Below are positions 19,878 to 30,857 of a stretch of 64,000 nucleotides of DNA, one piece after another. How positions within the stretch are numbered: the stretch's first letter is position 1; each line of letters begins with the position of its first letter. Made by a program: the position numbers and the translations under genes. The notes below the pieces were generated by a model, which saw nothing but the letters and a program-made list of their open reading frames with translations, was not told the origin of the DNA and searched no databases. Origin of the DNA: an uncultured virus (IMG/VR IMGVR_UViG_3300014057_000711). Taxonomy: Duplodnaviria; Heunggongvirae; Uroviricota; Caudoviricetes. The DNA lies in IMG/VR virus record IMGVR_UViG_3300014057_000711; one strand, written 5' to 3'.

Positions 19878-21500
19878 ATGAGAAATGTACTACTGATAAT
19901 ATCTTTGCTTGTTTCACTGAATTCTTTTGGTTATGAGGATATCGTGAAAGAACAATGGAAACCAATTATGAAAAGACAAGTTACAAATAATTTTCATGAT
20001 TTCTGCACAATTCTTAAATATTTCCAAGGAGAAACAATTCAATTTAAATTTAGAAACTTATACTACAATGATCTGCAATGCTTTCTAAACCTTAAGCCAG
20101 ACACGGTTTGGATTAAAAAGCCCAAGAAGAACCCCAAAATTAATAAAGATTATACCCTTATACCTTACTATCATGGAAAAGGTGAATATAATGAGAAAGC
20201 TTTTATTGATAAGGATAAAAGATATACTCCAAGAGAAATAATCGCTAACACTACCTTCCATGTTGATTCCGTTAGTGAGGTATGGAAACAGCCTTGTTAT
20301 ATCTATCTTACCAATCTTCAAAACAATGAGAAACTCATTTGGGCCTTTTCTAATAAATGGGGTTCAAGCATGACTTTTGAATCTCAGAGCATTGGTGAAA
20401 AAATTGTTGCACCACAAACTCCAATTTACATGAAAACAGGTAACTCTTATTTTTCAAAACCACAGAGCTATGAAATATTAAAAGTGGAAAAAGCTGTTCT
20501 TGAATGTGAGTTCTCAGATTTATCATATTCACCTACTCTTGAAATTTTATTGAAAGATGATAGCGGCTCCAGCTTTTCATACAAATATGATAGCTTTGAC
20601 TACAGCTACAGCAACTCTCCGAAATACATATCTCAAACAGATTATAATATATTGCTTGAAGAAAACAAAGATTTTGAACTCGATCCCACAACGGATTTCA
20701 ATGTAGCCAAATATACATTCCCTTTCAACTTCGTGCAAATTTGGGGTGAGACAATCACATCTGGATATGTGTACCAAAAGATTTCTGGGAAAAACTCCTA
20801 TTCTGACATAAAAGATTATTTGGGAAGCGAGAACACTGTAAGAATCGCTGATAAACGGACTATTCGGGGAAAAGATTACTATGTTGCCACCTGCTACGGT
20901 AAATGTTTTTTCATCCCAACAGAAAACCTGTCGATTAAGGCAGAAGAACAAGCGAAACTTGACTCTCTTATGAACTGCTCACAAGAAGTAAAAGACAAGT
21001 TCTTTGAGCTGACAAAAGGTTTTGAACTTTATCAATATGTACAAGACACAAAAGTGTTGCTTAAAGAGTTTGACACTTTCAAGAAATATGGATTGTCAAT
21101 AGTCAATTGGAAAGTATATGACGAAAGTGAATACACAGATGGCACTGGTATTAGATTTACTTTCTACAACCCGACAAATAGTATGATAAAGTATATAACA
21201 ATTACATTCACTGGTTATAATGCGGTTGATGATCCAGTAGGCAGAGCTGTAACAAAAAAATGTATAGGCCCTATAAACCCTGATGCCTCTGCTTCTTACG
21301 AGTTTGAATATACTTGGTTCACTGACATCGTGGAATATGCTAAAATACGCTCGATAAAGGTGGACTACAAAAACGGAACAAGCAAAACAATCACCAACAT
21401 AAACGCAATAGAATGGTCAGATGATTTATATGACTATTTTCAGAATCCTCCTTTGAAGGACTTGACAACCTTAAAAACCAAAGGCGAACCAACCGAATAA
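19878..21500 (+). CDS. Secreted hypothetical protein with C-terminal Ig-like domain
   Basis: Signal peptide MRNVLLII..; 'FYNPTNSMIKYITITFTGYNAVDDPV...GPI'; own TATATTTG promoter near 19842. Confidence 0.7.
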   Translation: MRNVLLIISLLVSLNSFGYEDIVKEQWKPIMKRQVTNNFHDFCTILKYFQGETIQFKFRNLYYNDLQCFLNLKPDTVWIKKPKKNPKINKDYTLIPYYHGKGEYNEKAFIDKDKRYTPREIIANTTFHVDSVSEVWKQPCYIYLTNLQNNEKLIWAFSNKWGSSMTFESQSIGEKIVAPQTPIYMKTGNSYFSKPQSYEILKVEKAVLECEFSDLSYSPTLEILLKDDSGSSFSYKYDSFDYSYSNSPKYISQTDYNILLEENKDFELDPTTDFNVAKYTFPFNFVQIWGETITSGYVYQKISGKNSYSDIKDYLGSENTVRIADKRTIRGKDYYVATCYGKCFFIPTENLSIKAEEQAKLDSLMNCSQEVKDKFFELTKGFELYQYVQDTKVLLKEFDTFKKYGLSIVNWKVYDESEYTDGTGIRFTFYNPTNSMIKYITITFTGYNAVDDPVGRAVTKKCIGPINPDASASYEFEYTWFTDIVEYAKIRSIKVDYKNGTSKTITNINAIEWSDDLYDYFQNPPLKDLTTLKTKGEPTE

Positions 21501-21508
21501 TAGATATC

Positions 21509-21766
21509 ATGACCTACGACTGGGACTATAACATATCAACTGTGAAGGATGCGGACGAGTTCGCACGGTTCCTTGTTGAGGAGCTGAAGGTGGAATACAA
21601 CCCGGGGGATGACTTCAGCAAATATACCGATGCTGATGGCGATCCGCTCTTTGACGAGTTCGATGCTGACCTCTACAACCATATCTCGATGGACTGCTTC
21701 AATGTCTGCGACAAGGAAGATATCGACTTCATGGATCTCATCTACGCCCATGAAGAAAGTTTGTGA
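21509..21766 (+). CDS. Small acidic hypothetical protein
   Basis: 85 aa, D/E-rich; its 3' half is duplicated at 25252-25380. Confidence 0.65.
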   Translation: MTYDWDYNISTVKDADEFARFLVEELKVEYNPGDDFSKYTDADGDPLFDEFDADLYNHISMDCFNVCDKEDIDFMDLIYAHEESL

Positions 21767-21778
21767 CCCAAATAAACC
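21650..21778 (+). repeat. 129-bp direct repeat, copy 1
   Basis: Matches 25252-25380 with three substitutions counted by eye. Confidence 0.9.
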
Positions 21779-21892
21779 AATAAAACCATTATCCGTAATA
21801 AATCCCCAAAAAAAATTGTCAGGAATTGTCTGTAATTTGTCTGAGAAAACAAAAAAACTGACTACTGATAACTAAAAACTCAAAACTTATAC

Positions 21893-21975
21893 TATCTTTG
21901 CAACGACAATCGGTCAAGCTCCGAGCGTTTAAAAGAACTCTATTGCCCCGTCTTACTCCAAGGCGGGGCTTTTTT
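21893..21975 (+). ncRNA. Candidate small RNA cassette C
   Basis: TATCTTTG -7 box behind the same heptamer-repeat leader as A and B; ends in gccccgtctt/aaggcggggc plus T run. Confidence 0.45.
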
Positions 21976-22065
21976 GTGTCCCACCGAAACTTTTTCCCAC
22001 CCTAAACCATATTCTGGCACGCTTTTTGCTTTCTTGTTTTTCATAACCATCAAAACCTTCACTTT

Positions 22066-22503
22066 ATGAAATTCATTGAAAACTTAATCGTTGCAATTTT
22101 AGGAATCGTTATGTTTGTTGCTTTTATGAGCGCACTGACAAACCCTTCAAGCAGTTCTTCAAATAGCTCTCATAGCTACTATGATGGGAGAAGTCACACT
22201 GGCAGAAGCACATGGGCAAGAGAAAACACGCCTCCGCCTGTACAACTCCAACAAGAGTCTAATAATGTTCCCAACTATTCTACTCCTGCACCAGCTCCAG
22301 TTTATACAACCACCAGTAGTTCCTATGGAAGCGGAAACAGCCATTATGCGGAACTCTGGTCTGAATGCGAAGACATGGAAGCTTTGCTCGAAGATAATGA
22401 TATAGACCACGAATGTATGTCTTATCCCATGGACTATTACGAACTAAGAGACCTGAGAGACGAATACCAAAATCTTCTCGATGAGTACGAAATTGACTAT
22501 TAA
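22066..22503 (+). CDS. Membrane-anchored hypothetical protein
   Basis: N-terminal TM helix, S/P-rich linker, acidic C-terminus. Confidence 0.65.
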   Translation: MKFIENLIVAILGIVMFVAFMSALTNPSSSSSNSSHSYYDGRSHTGRSTWARENTPPPVQLQQESNNVPNYSTPAPAPVYTTTSSSYGSGNSHYAELWSECEDMEALLEDNDIDHECMSYPMDYYELRDLRDEYQNLLDEYEIDY

Positions 22504-22517
22504 ACAGTTGAATTAGT

Positions 22518-22757
22518 ATGATACTTCTAAGTACAATTAATATATTATTTAGTATTGCGTTAGTTATAATTTTGTTCATTATAGGGTTATGGGTATATAG
22601 TAAACTGGAAGAAAAAGATGAAGGAGCTTCTTGTTCTTGTATAGTTGTAATATTGATGGTGATTATAACTATTGGTTCTGCAATCGGAATGATGAAATCC
22701 TGTACTGAAAATGATCACGGACCATCAGTTGACTATTATGATGCACCCAGGAAATAA
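22518..22757 (+). CDS. Small two-TM membrane protein
   Basis: Two hydrophobic segments. Confidence 0.55.
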   Translation: MILLSTINILFSIALVIILFIIGLWVYSKLEEKDEGASCSCIVVILMVIITIGSAIGMMKSCTENDHGPSVDYYDAPRK

Positions 22758-22844
22758 TAATTAAAAATCTTAAACTCACCGAATCCGCCCTCTCGCAGGG
22801 CGGTTCTGTCTTGATAAGATGATAAATAGGACTATCTATAATGA

Positions 22845-24386
22845 TTACAATTCAAGGTGGCAAATATATTGTTTTATCCTGCTATTTAAACTCAAAATAT
22901 CATTTCTTTCATAATCGGATAATAACTTCTGAACATCATCCGAAGGGATAGAACTTAATCTTGGAATTTTCAATTTCCTTAAATGCTGACTCTGCCATCT
23001 CGGAAAACCACCATTCATCTTGTTTGTAACAGCAGAGAGCTGGTTGCGTACAAAATCGGACATGAGGAACGCTGCGAGAATGCGAAGTTGTATCAAAGTA
23101 CTTCCTATAATGTAGTAAATATTGTGCAATGGATAGTAATTGCCCTCATCCACGAATACATAAGTGTTTCCCGACATGTCAGGAAGCAATATTTTTGGTT
23201 TTGATAGCAATTCAGGACTGATGCGATCTATAGTTTTATACCATCTTGAAGGGAATTTTTTGGCGATGTGACGAGAGGTTAGTCTCTCTCTGTGCTCTTC
23301 CAAATAAGCATTTGCACGAGGGTATTTATCCAAATTTACCAACGTACCGTCTGCATTATATGGATTTAGTAAATATTCCCCTTGCCATTGGAACTTATTA
23401 CCGCGCAAATCGCGAGCGTTGATGGCAGGCAAAATCAAGTCTTCCTCTACTTTCTCAGGCAGCTCGGATGAGACAAAAACGGAGTCTGCGCCTGTTGCCA
23501 CGCCAATGCCGATTTTAAAGCCCTGCTGCTCAATTGTATGGAATCTAGAATCGGTCGAGACTTTATTAAAAGCCTCAGCCCAATCATCACCTTGTGGCAT
23601 ACACTTTTCTTCTGTAACATAACTGTTCAATTCTTCCACTTTCGTATATTCGGCGTATCGGAATGTGAATGCCGGAAGTTCAGAAGATATAATTGTAATG
23701 GCAGGATAGGCAAGAACTTCTTCTTGGAAGGCATCGGCCTGTTCAAGATTGAGGATTGTACGCAGTTGATAATATCGGGCAACCATTCGGCGTAGTTTCT
23801 TTCCATACTCGTTTTTTAGCCATCGATTGGAGCAGATAAAACAATGCAAACCGCCAGAAGAAAGTGCTTCGAGCGACTTTTCAAAAAATGGTACGTATAA
23901 ATCACAGCGATAATGGAACGTAGGAAAAGTCCGTTTGCAATATTCCTGCATCTCCGTTGGGATGTTTTCGTAGCGGATATAAGGCGGATTGCCGACAACA
24001 ATGTCGGTTTCTTCAATCTCTGCTTTTAGAAAATCGGCTGTCTGAATGTTATCGTTACAAAGATTGAATCCTAATTCTTTGATGCGTTGTCTACAACGAG
24101 CAATTTTCTCTACATCAATGTCGTAAGCCTTGACATTCCTTTGGAATGCTTCGCTTGCATCGAAACCAAACTTCACAGCTGATGACATAAGTCTGCGTGC
24201 AATCTCAACAACGAACTCGCCATCACCGCACGAAGGTTCAAGGATGCGCACATGAGCTAGATTGCGGTCGGCAGTATAACCCACGCTGTCAAGCATGAAA
24301 CTGACTACAATAGGCAATGTGAAAACATCGCCATGCTGTCCGCCGTTCTGGCGTTTGCCATAGAGGAAACCATTATTTGAACTCAT
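22845..24386 (-). CDS. Type II N6-adenine DNA methyltransferase (M.TaqI/M.PaeR7I-like)
   Basis: 'ILEPSCGDGEF' SAM-binding motif then 'VGNPPY'; C-terminal TaqI-like TRD. Confidence 0.9.
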   Translation of the reverse strand: MSSNNGFLYGKRQNGGQHGDVFTLPIVVSFMLDSVGYTADRNLAHVRILEPSCGDGEFVVEIARRLMSSAVKFGFDASEAFQRNVKAYDIDVEKIARCRQRIKELGFNLCNDNIQTADFLKAEIEETDIVVGNPPYIRYENIPTEMQEYCKRTFPTFHYRCDLYVPFFEKSLEALSSGGLHCFICSNRWLKNEYGKKLRRMVARYYQLRTILNLEQADAFQEEVLAYPAITIISSELPAFTFRYAEYTKVEELNSYVTEEKCMPQGDDWAEAFNKVSTDSRFHTIEQQGFKIGIGVATGADSVFVSSELPEKVEEDLILPAINARDLRGNKFQWQGEYLLNPYNADGTLVNLDKYPRANAYLEEHRERLTSRHIAKKFPSRWYKTIDRISPELLSKPKILLPDMSGNTYVFVDEGNYYPLHNIYYIIGSTLIQLRILAAFLMSDFVRNQLSAVTNKMNGGFPRWQSQHLRKLKIPRLSSIPSDDVQKLLSDYERNDILSLNSRIKQYICHLEL

Positions 24387-25089
24387 TCTTCACACCATTT
24401 AGATAGTTTGCAAGCGAAGCAATATACCGTTGAATAGAGATGTCATCGGCTAAGTTTCCGTATGTATTTTCGTCACTTGTCCATACAAGAGCTGTCGATG
24501 TGTAATGACGTTCAAGAATAAGTTTTTGACAAAGAATGCGATAGCGGTCGAGATAGCTTGCAGTCTCAAATTCTGGACGAACAGAAAAATAAGGTTCATA
24601 ATTCCGAACTATGCGTTCCGACGCTTTGTCTCGTCCAACAAGCATCAGCCACCCTACCCATGGAGCTTGCTGACCAGGAAACTGTCCCTCACGAAAAGCC
24701 GTCCATAAATCGACTGCAGACCCTATAGCTTCTTCTGTGCGATTATTAAAATTATTTCCATAGCTACCAACCTGAGATTTCAGTTCAATCGCTGCAATCA
24801 ACTTGCCTGAGGGAGCAATAATAAGCATATCCCAATCCTTTGAAGAGCGGAAAAAGCCTGGTAAATAATTTTTGTCTGTAATAATATAGTTATCAGGAAT
24901 CCCTGCATCAATAGCCACTTCTTTCAAAAGTTCAATAAAACCATCCATTTGTTTGCCACCGACAACAGCTCCACGATTTGAAGAGTCACCAGTATCAGAC
25001 AATTGACGAGACTTAGTTCTCCAAAAGAATCTTACAGCCTTGGATACCAAACTTGTATAATCTTTATTATTTATCATAATTTTATCCAT
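24373..25089 (-). CDS. XhoI/PaeR7I-family type II restriction endonuclease
   Basis: 'RGAVVGGKQMDGF', 'KDWDMLI', 'ELKSQVGSYGNNFNNRTEEAIG'; overlaps the MTase start. Confidence 0.85.
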   Translation of the reverse strand: MDKIMINNKDYTSLVSKAVRFFWRTKSRQLSDTGDSSNRGAVVGGKQMDGFIELLKEVAIDAGIPDNYIITDKNYLPGFFRSSKDWDMLIIAPSGKLIAAIELKSQVGSYGNNFNNRTEEAIGSAVDLWTAFREGQFPGQQAPWVGWLMLVGRDKASERIVRNYEPYFSVRPEFETASYLDRYRILCQKLILERHYTSTALVWTSDENTYGNLADDISIQRYIASLANYLNGVKNEFK

Positions 25090-25251
25090 GCACCATGAGT
25101 TATATGAGAGTAATTTTTGCAACAAAGTTACTTAATTTTTTCTAGAGTAGAGCAGTAATGACAGATATTAACATGAAATTGCGTCCTTTTTCATAGAAAT
25201 AGCTCAAAATGAAACAACAATTTAAATATTAAATCGAAAACGTTGCCATTG

Positions 25252-25380
25252 TTTGACGAGTTCGACGCTGACCTCTACAACCATATCTCGATGGACTGCT
25301 TCTATGTCTGCGACAAGGAAGACATCGACTTCATGGATCTCATCTACGCCCATGAAGAAAGTTTGTGACCCAAATAAACC
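25252..25380 (+). repeat. 129-bp direct repeat, copy 2 (3' fragment of the 21509 gene)
   Basis: Near-identical to 21650-21778; lacks the 5' part of the gene. Confidence 0.9.
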
Positions 25381-25570
25381 GAGATATTAAACTGTTTTGA
25401 ATGCTCCCACCGGCCCACCAGTCGGTGGGATTTTTATAGCTTTTGTGCCCAACTAAAAACTTTTTCCCAGCCTAAACTATATTTTTAATTATAAAATGTG
25501 TATATTTGCAAATTAGATTCACGTCATGGATTGTTTGATGATTTTATACAAGGAAAAATGTAAAAATAAT

Positions 25571-27286
25571 ATGGAAATCTACAACTTCAAAAGCCAACTG
25601 AACTTTGAGTTCTTAGATGACGAAGAACTTATGGAGAATCTCAAAAAGATGTATACTTTAGACGGATTTACTCCACAAATTACTTTTGAGGGAGATCTTA
25701 TACGGATTAATATAGACGAGAAGGTTTTTAATAAGGTAAAAAAAGACATGGATAAGGCCATAGACCTTTGTAATCGTCATGAGTTCAGTAAAACGGAACC
25801 ACTACTGAAGGATATTACAAAACGTTGTCCACTTCATGCCGACGCATTTCGTATGCTTGATCAAGTACGCATGGATTGTGGTGACCATGAAGATGCTTTT
25901 AATACAAATATCGAGGCTCTAAAGATTAACCCAACAAATCTATGGGCACTACTTCTTATGGGAAACATCTGCGTGAAACAGAAGAAAATCGCTCTTGCAG
26001 ATGAATACTATAACAAGGTGCTAGAATATCATCCGGATGACATGCTGGCGATAAACAACCTGGCAGGCAACTATCTCCAAAGAGAAGATTACCAGAAGGC
26101 TGAAGAAATGTTTCGGAAGATAATCGACAAAGACAACTCATATCTGAACAGCTACTATGGACTTGCCATGTCACTATATAAGCAGTTAAAGCTGCGCGAA
26201 GCGTTCGAAGTCTGTGTGGAAGGAATGAAGCGTGGCATTGACCGCCCACAAGACCCTTATATAAGGGAAGAACTCCAGAAACTTGTCATGACGCTGGCAA
26301 GAAACTTGACAAATGATTTCGACTACTCTATAGAGATTGGGAAACAGCTGAAAAAGCTTGAAGAAATGGGCTCAAAAAAAATTGTGGTGGACCATAACGC
26401 CACAAAACTACCAGTGAGCGCAAGACTGGAATACTCCGTTGCACACAAACGTGATTATGAGAAGGTGCTGGTGAAACCGAATAAAAAATATCATGACCAC
26501 CTGATGATGCACGAGTTGATGCACCTGCAGATGTATCTCATGGCGAAAAGTAGCGGACGCAACAAACTAGCAGTAAGCGGGCAGAGTGAACTTGAAGCGT
26601 TTAAGAAATGGATAGGCTCGGAACTGAGACCTTTGAACGAGAAATTGTCTGAAAAAGATGTTAAGCAGGTGGTAGACCAATTACATAATGGTCTGATGAC
26701 ACAGGCACTGAATTCACCTCTCGACCTCTATGTGGAGGCGATGATATATCGCGACTACCCGGAAATGCGACCGTTGCAGATGCTGAGCCTTGTGGACATG
26801 AACATCGAAAACATAGATTCGGTGAAGAAAGCCGCTAAGAGCATAATTCCCAAAAAGGTTACGAAAGTGAACCGAATCATGAATCTTGTGAACGCCATCC
26901 AACTGATGGAACTCTACGGTTTCAACCTCGGACCTCACTTCGGAGCCCCTCCCGCAGAGATGAAGGTAGCCAAAGACCTATACGATGAATGGGCAGCATA
27001 TTATGAGGACTCTGCATCGAAGCCAGGTGACGAATATGATCTTCTTGAATACTTCACGCAGCACTTGGAAATTGAGGAATTCTTCACTATGGTAAACGAG
27101 ATGCACTTTAATGACATCGCCCTGCCAAACAAAGAGAATCTGCCGAAGGAGTCGACGGACCCAGAAACGTCAGAGGAACAACTAAGATCTTTCCCAGAGC
27201 AACATAAGGACGGAGCAGACCCCATTGAGACAATGATGATGTCGATGTATATGCTCGGAGCCATGAAGGACTTATGTAAAGATTGA
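25571..27286 (+). CDS. TPR protein with HExxH motif, possibly C-terminally truncated
   Basis: Several TPR repeats, 'MMHELMHL'; ends a few codons into an abrupt AT-rich shift. Confidence 0.75.
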   Translation: MEIYNFKSQLNFEFLDDEELMENLKKMYTLDGFTPQITFEGDLIRINIDEKVFNKVKKDMDKAIDLCNRHEFSKTEPLLKDITKRCPLHADAFRMLDQVRMDCGDHEDAFNTNIEALKINPTNLWALLLMGNICVKQKKIALADEYYNKVLEYHPDDMLAINNLAGNYLQREDYQKAEEMFRKIIDKDNSYLNSYYGLAMSLYKQLKLREAFEVCVEGMKRGIDRPQDPYIREELQKLVMTLARNLTNDFDYSIEIGKQLKKLEEMGSKKIVVDHNATKLPVSARLEYSVAHKRDYEKVLVKPNKKYHDHLMMHELMHLQMYLMAKSSGRNKLAVSGQSELEAFKKWIGSELRPLNEKLSEKDVKQVVDQLHNGLMTQALNSPLDLYVEAMIYRDYPEMRPLQMLSLVDMNIENIDSVKKAAKSIIPKKVTKVNRIMNLVNAIQLMELYGFNLGPHFGAPPAEMKVAKDLYDEWAAYYEDSASKPGDEYDLLEYFTQHLEIEEFFTMVNEMHFNDIALPNKENLPKESTDPETSEEQLRSFPEQHKDGADPIETMMMSMYMLGAMKDLCKD

Positions 27287-27328
27287 CATTCATGAAACGT
27301 ATTATATAACTTAAATTTTTCTTCAATT

Positions 27329-28324
27329 ATGAGCAATCCATTTACTGAGATGGGATTTACTGATCCTACTTTAGAAATGATGCGCCAAAGCATTTCTAAA
27401 CTTGGTCATAACGACCAAGCACAATACTTCGGCACAATGATGGTGGCATCTCTTGCGTCAAGAGTCATTGGGATGATGGGGCAGAATAATAATACAACGA
27501 AAGAAATATTACATCGAGATGATCTTAAGACAATTAAGGATGAGTATTCTAAAAATAATTTTGAATTTCAAATTTCAGATATTATAGCCACACATAAGCA
27601 AATGCTCAAAAATGAAATAGAATTCGCGAAAATTCAGTTTTCAAATATGAAAGCCATGGATTCTTATAAAATATTTTTGAGTACTTGGTGCGCAAAATTT
27701 AAATTAACTCCAGATGTTTTCTTTAACATGCTTGAGAATAAAAATAATTATAATAATGGTTTAAAACCAATTATCTTAATTCCAAGAACTGAATTTATTG
27801 ATTCTATATCGGGTAACTACACTAAATTCTGTGAAATATTTGCTGAGAAATTTCAACATTCTATGACACAAGTTGACTTTTCTTGCCGTACTATATGGAA
27901 ATACAATTCACAAAACATATGTTCAAGCCCAAAATGTGACTCCTTTATCTTGCATTTTATTCTACAAGGTTTACCTACAATTATTGTTTATCCAGTTCTC
28001 AAGAAAGATAAATTGATTTTCTACCTAGCAACTTGGCCGAGTACAATAAGTCAAAACTTTTTCTACAAAAAAGTATATGAGGTCACTAACAATGAAAGCA
28101 TCGATGCTAATAATGTTGCTGATATTATTGCTGTAATAACTGCTTATACTGCTGATTGCTATTCATCCTTCTACGCAAATGATCCTGCGTTATCGCTTCA
28201 TCAACTTAAATCTTGCAATATCGCAGAAAATGCTGAAAAATTATTAAATGACTATCATGACAAATTTTCAGATGCCCATAAATTATTTAGCAATTTAGGT
28301 GTCATCTCCAATCCTTTAAATTAA
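27329..28324 (+). CDS. Hypothetical protein (AT-rich island)
   Basis: 331-aa ORF. Confidence 0.65.
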   Translation: MSNPFTEMGFTDPTLEMMRQSISKLGHNDQAQYFGTMMVASLASRVIGMMGQNNNTTKEILHRDDLKTIKDEYSKNNFEFQISDIIATHKQMLKNEIEFAKIQFSNMKAMDSYKIFLSTWCAKFKLTPDVFFNMLENKNNYNNGLKPIILIPRTEFIDSISGNYTKFCEIFAEKFQHSMTQVDFSCRTIWKYNSQNICSSPKCDSFILHFILQGLPTIIVYPVLKKDKLIFYLATWPSTISQNFFYKKVYEVTNNESIDANNVADIIAVITAYTADCYSSFYANDPALSLHQLKSCNIAENAEKLLNDYHDKFSDAHKLFSNLGVISNPLN

Positions 28325-28330
28325 AAAATT

Positions 28331-30846
28331 ATGTCTATTACAATAACTACAGGATTAGCTATAGCTCAAGTTGTCTTAACTATATATGATAACTATAATA
28401 ATGCTAAACATAGAAAAGAATATCGAGAGTTAGAAAAAGAAGTATTGAAAGGTGAACTTTCATCTTCTCTTGATTCGTATAAAAAACTATGTCAATTGAA
28501 AAAGGAGCTGCAACAAGAACTTTTTGATGAACGTATAAATAATTCACGAAAGTTATTGTTTGAGAATTTTAAAGCTACTGCCAACCACGAATCTGAAAGG
28601 TCGAAAGAATATCCTCTTAGAATACCTTCTTTTGCTCTTGTTGACAATATTATTCTTAAAGAAACCCCCAACCTCTTAAAAGATTTTAATTCTTCAAATG
28701 ATAAAGATTCTAGTAACTCAAACTATTTAAATTCAATGGGTTTTATTAAACCATTGAAAGTTATCGTTACGCCTATTATAAATAAAGAGGACTTTAATAC
28801 CATACGTTTCAACAAATCAAATACGCCTATTGAAACTCATTTGTTGAATCTCATGCAAGAATTAAATGAAAGCCTTGATGATTTCTTTTGTGACTTTTAC
28901 AATTGTTATAATAATCATCAAGTTATTCTTTTTTCAGATATATGGACAAATATAAGTATTAAGCCTATAGATACAGAATTTGTGCAACTTCAATCTTTTC
29001 TTCATAACGAACCTACAGTTATCGTTAATCCTATATTTGATGCCGATTCAAATACAATATCTTTCAAAATATATTATTGGGGAATAACTAACGATAAAGC
29101 AGTTCAGGAACTTGTTATTAATGATATATGCACCTTCAGCGTTAATCTTGAAGATTCTATAATTAAATGTGTAGAAGAATGGTCTCCTCTCATTAAAGAT
29201 GCCATTTGCTTTATATGCGACTCTTATATGTGGTATCAATACCAAGCAGTACCTTACTACCCTTCCATTCTGAAAGAAGAGAATAGGCTTAATCCAGAGT
29301 TAATTGACTTTTATAAGAATTTGCTTTTGAACTCAATAAACAATTGTGTCATTTCACCACTGGTTGACATTGAGATAGCTCTAAAATATGCCCAAACAAT
29401 TGATACTCTTTTTGCAGAAAACAAATGTATGTTTTCTCTTTTGGATTTAAACAATAATTTATGTAATTCAGATTACGTAAGCAATAATAATTCTCTTGTA
29501 GAGTCAAGTATGGGAGCTGGCATTTTCTTATATGGCCTTTTCAAATTCATTGATAGCCTTATTAAATCAGAAGAGAATAAAGATCAAGTAGGAAAGAATA
29601 ATAATGATGTAGAAAAGAATAATAATGATGTAGAAAAGAATAATAGTGAAAATTTGGATAGATTCAACAAAATCATTTCTTTAGTTAATAAAACGGCTGT
29701 CATTTCTCCACAATATAATTTAATTATCTATAATTTTTTTAATAATTCTAATTATTATAACTTGCGAAAAGAGGATTATCATAATTTATATCTTAAANNN
29801 NNNNNNNAATTTATTCTGTCCCTGAAGAAAATCTTTTGGTAAAGTAATTTGTGAACTATCTATACCTTCTTTTTTATTATCTTTGCCTGAATTTAATTCA
29901 CCATTTGGATTATCATAATTTATATCTTAAATGCGTTGAATCTTTAATTCAAGTCAACGCTAATAGTTTTTTTCAAGATTATCGAGAAAAATATCAAATG
30001 ATTTATCATCAAGATATTTATAAAAATATTGCATCTTACTTTTCTGTTTTTTTTCATGAAAATCTAGATTATTTTGTGTCTCTTTTTGCCAACACAAAAG
30101 ATTTTGTTGAAGAATTAAACAAAATGGAAAATAAATCTGATCAACGCAAGTTAAAATCAAGAAAAATTGAAGAAATTTGTAAAAAGATCAAATCTAAAAT
30201 AATTATCTTTTTTGAAAAAGATAATTTTAATAAGATAGTTCTTAAGGGAAGAAGGATTTTTTTTAGAAATACAATCAAAAATCGCTTTCCTCATCCATTT
30301 GAAGATAACACCATTATTGAACCTAATGAGTTTACTGCTTTTATTCCCAATCTTAAAACAGGAGTTTCCTTGAGTCAATCAGAATATATAGAAGAAATAA
30401 CGAAGATAGATAAATTCTATGATACTCTTTTTTCATATATATCTGAAAGTGAATTAGATAATATAACTGAACATATTGTAAACAAGTTGCTTGCTAACTT
30501 TAAGAGTTCTAATTTTAAAGATATAGAATATATATTTGATGATTTTGATGAAAAGACCAATTCAATAATTAAGTTTTTTTGTCAAGCTATTATTGATATA
30601 TTTGTTATCCAAATAGATAAATCAATCTTTACTCCAGTAACATACGTACATAACACCAATATGATTGACAGTGAAAAACAATCTGTTTATGATTTATTTG
30701 AAGGATTATTTAGTATTTTAATAACTTCACCTAGTGTATCTGCTTTGTATGTAAAGTATTCATCACGAGATGATTTTACTAAAGATTATAATCGCTCTAC
30801 CCATTTAGAAGAAAATGATTTACACTATATTTACAATAAATCTTAA
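28331..30846 (+). CDS. Hypothetical protein, probably one gene split by a scaffold gap
   Basis: ORFs 28331-29842 and 29851-30846 share DYHNLYLK, encoded by a 25-nt duplicate on both sides of the N gap. Confidence 0.5.
29588..29649 (+). repeat. 21-bp tandem repeat x3 (V-G/E-K-N-N-N-D)
   Basis: gtag(g/a)aaagaataataatgat units. Confidence 0.85.
29798..29807. other. Assembly gap (10 N)
   Basis: Literal N run. Confidence 0.98.
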
Positions 30847-30857
30847 TATTCTTAATT

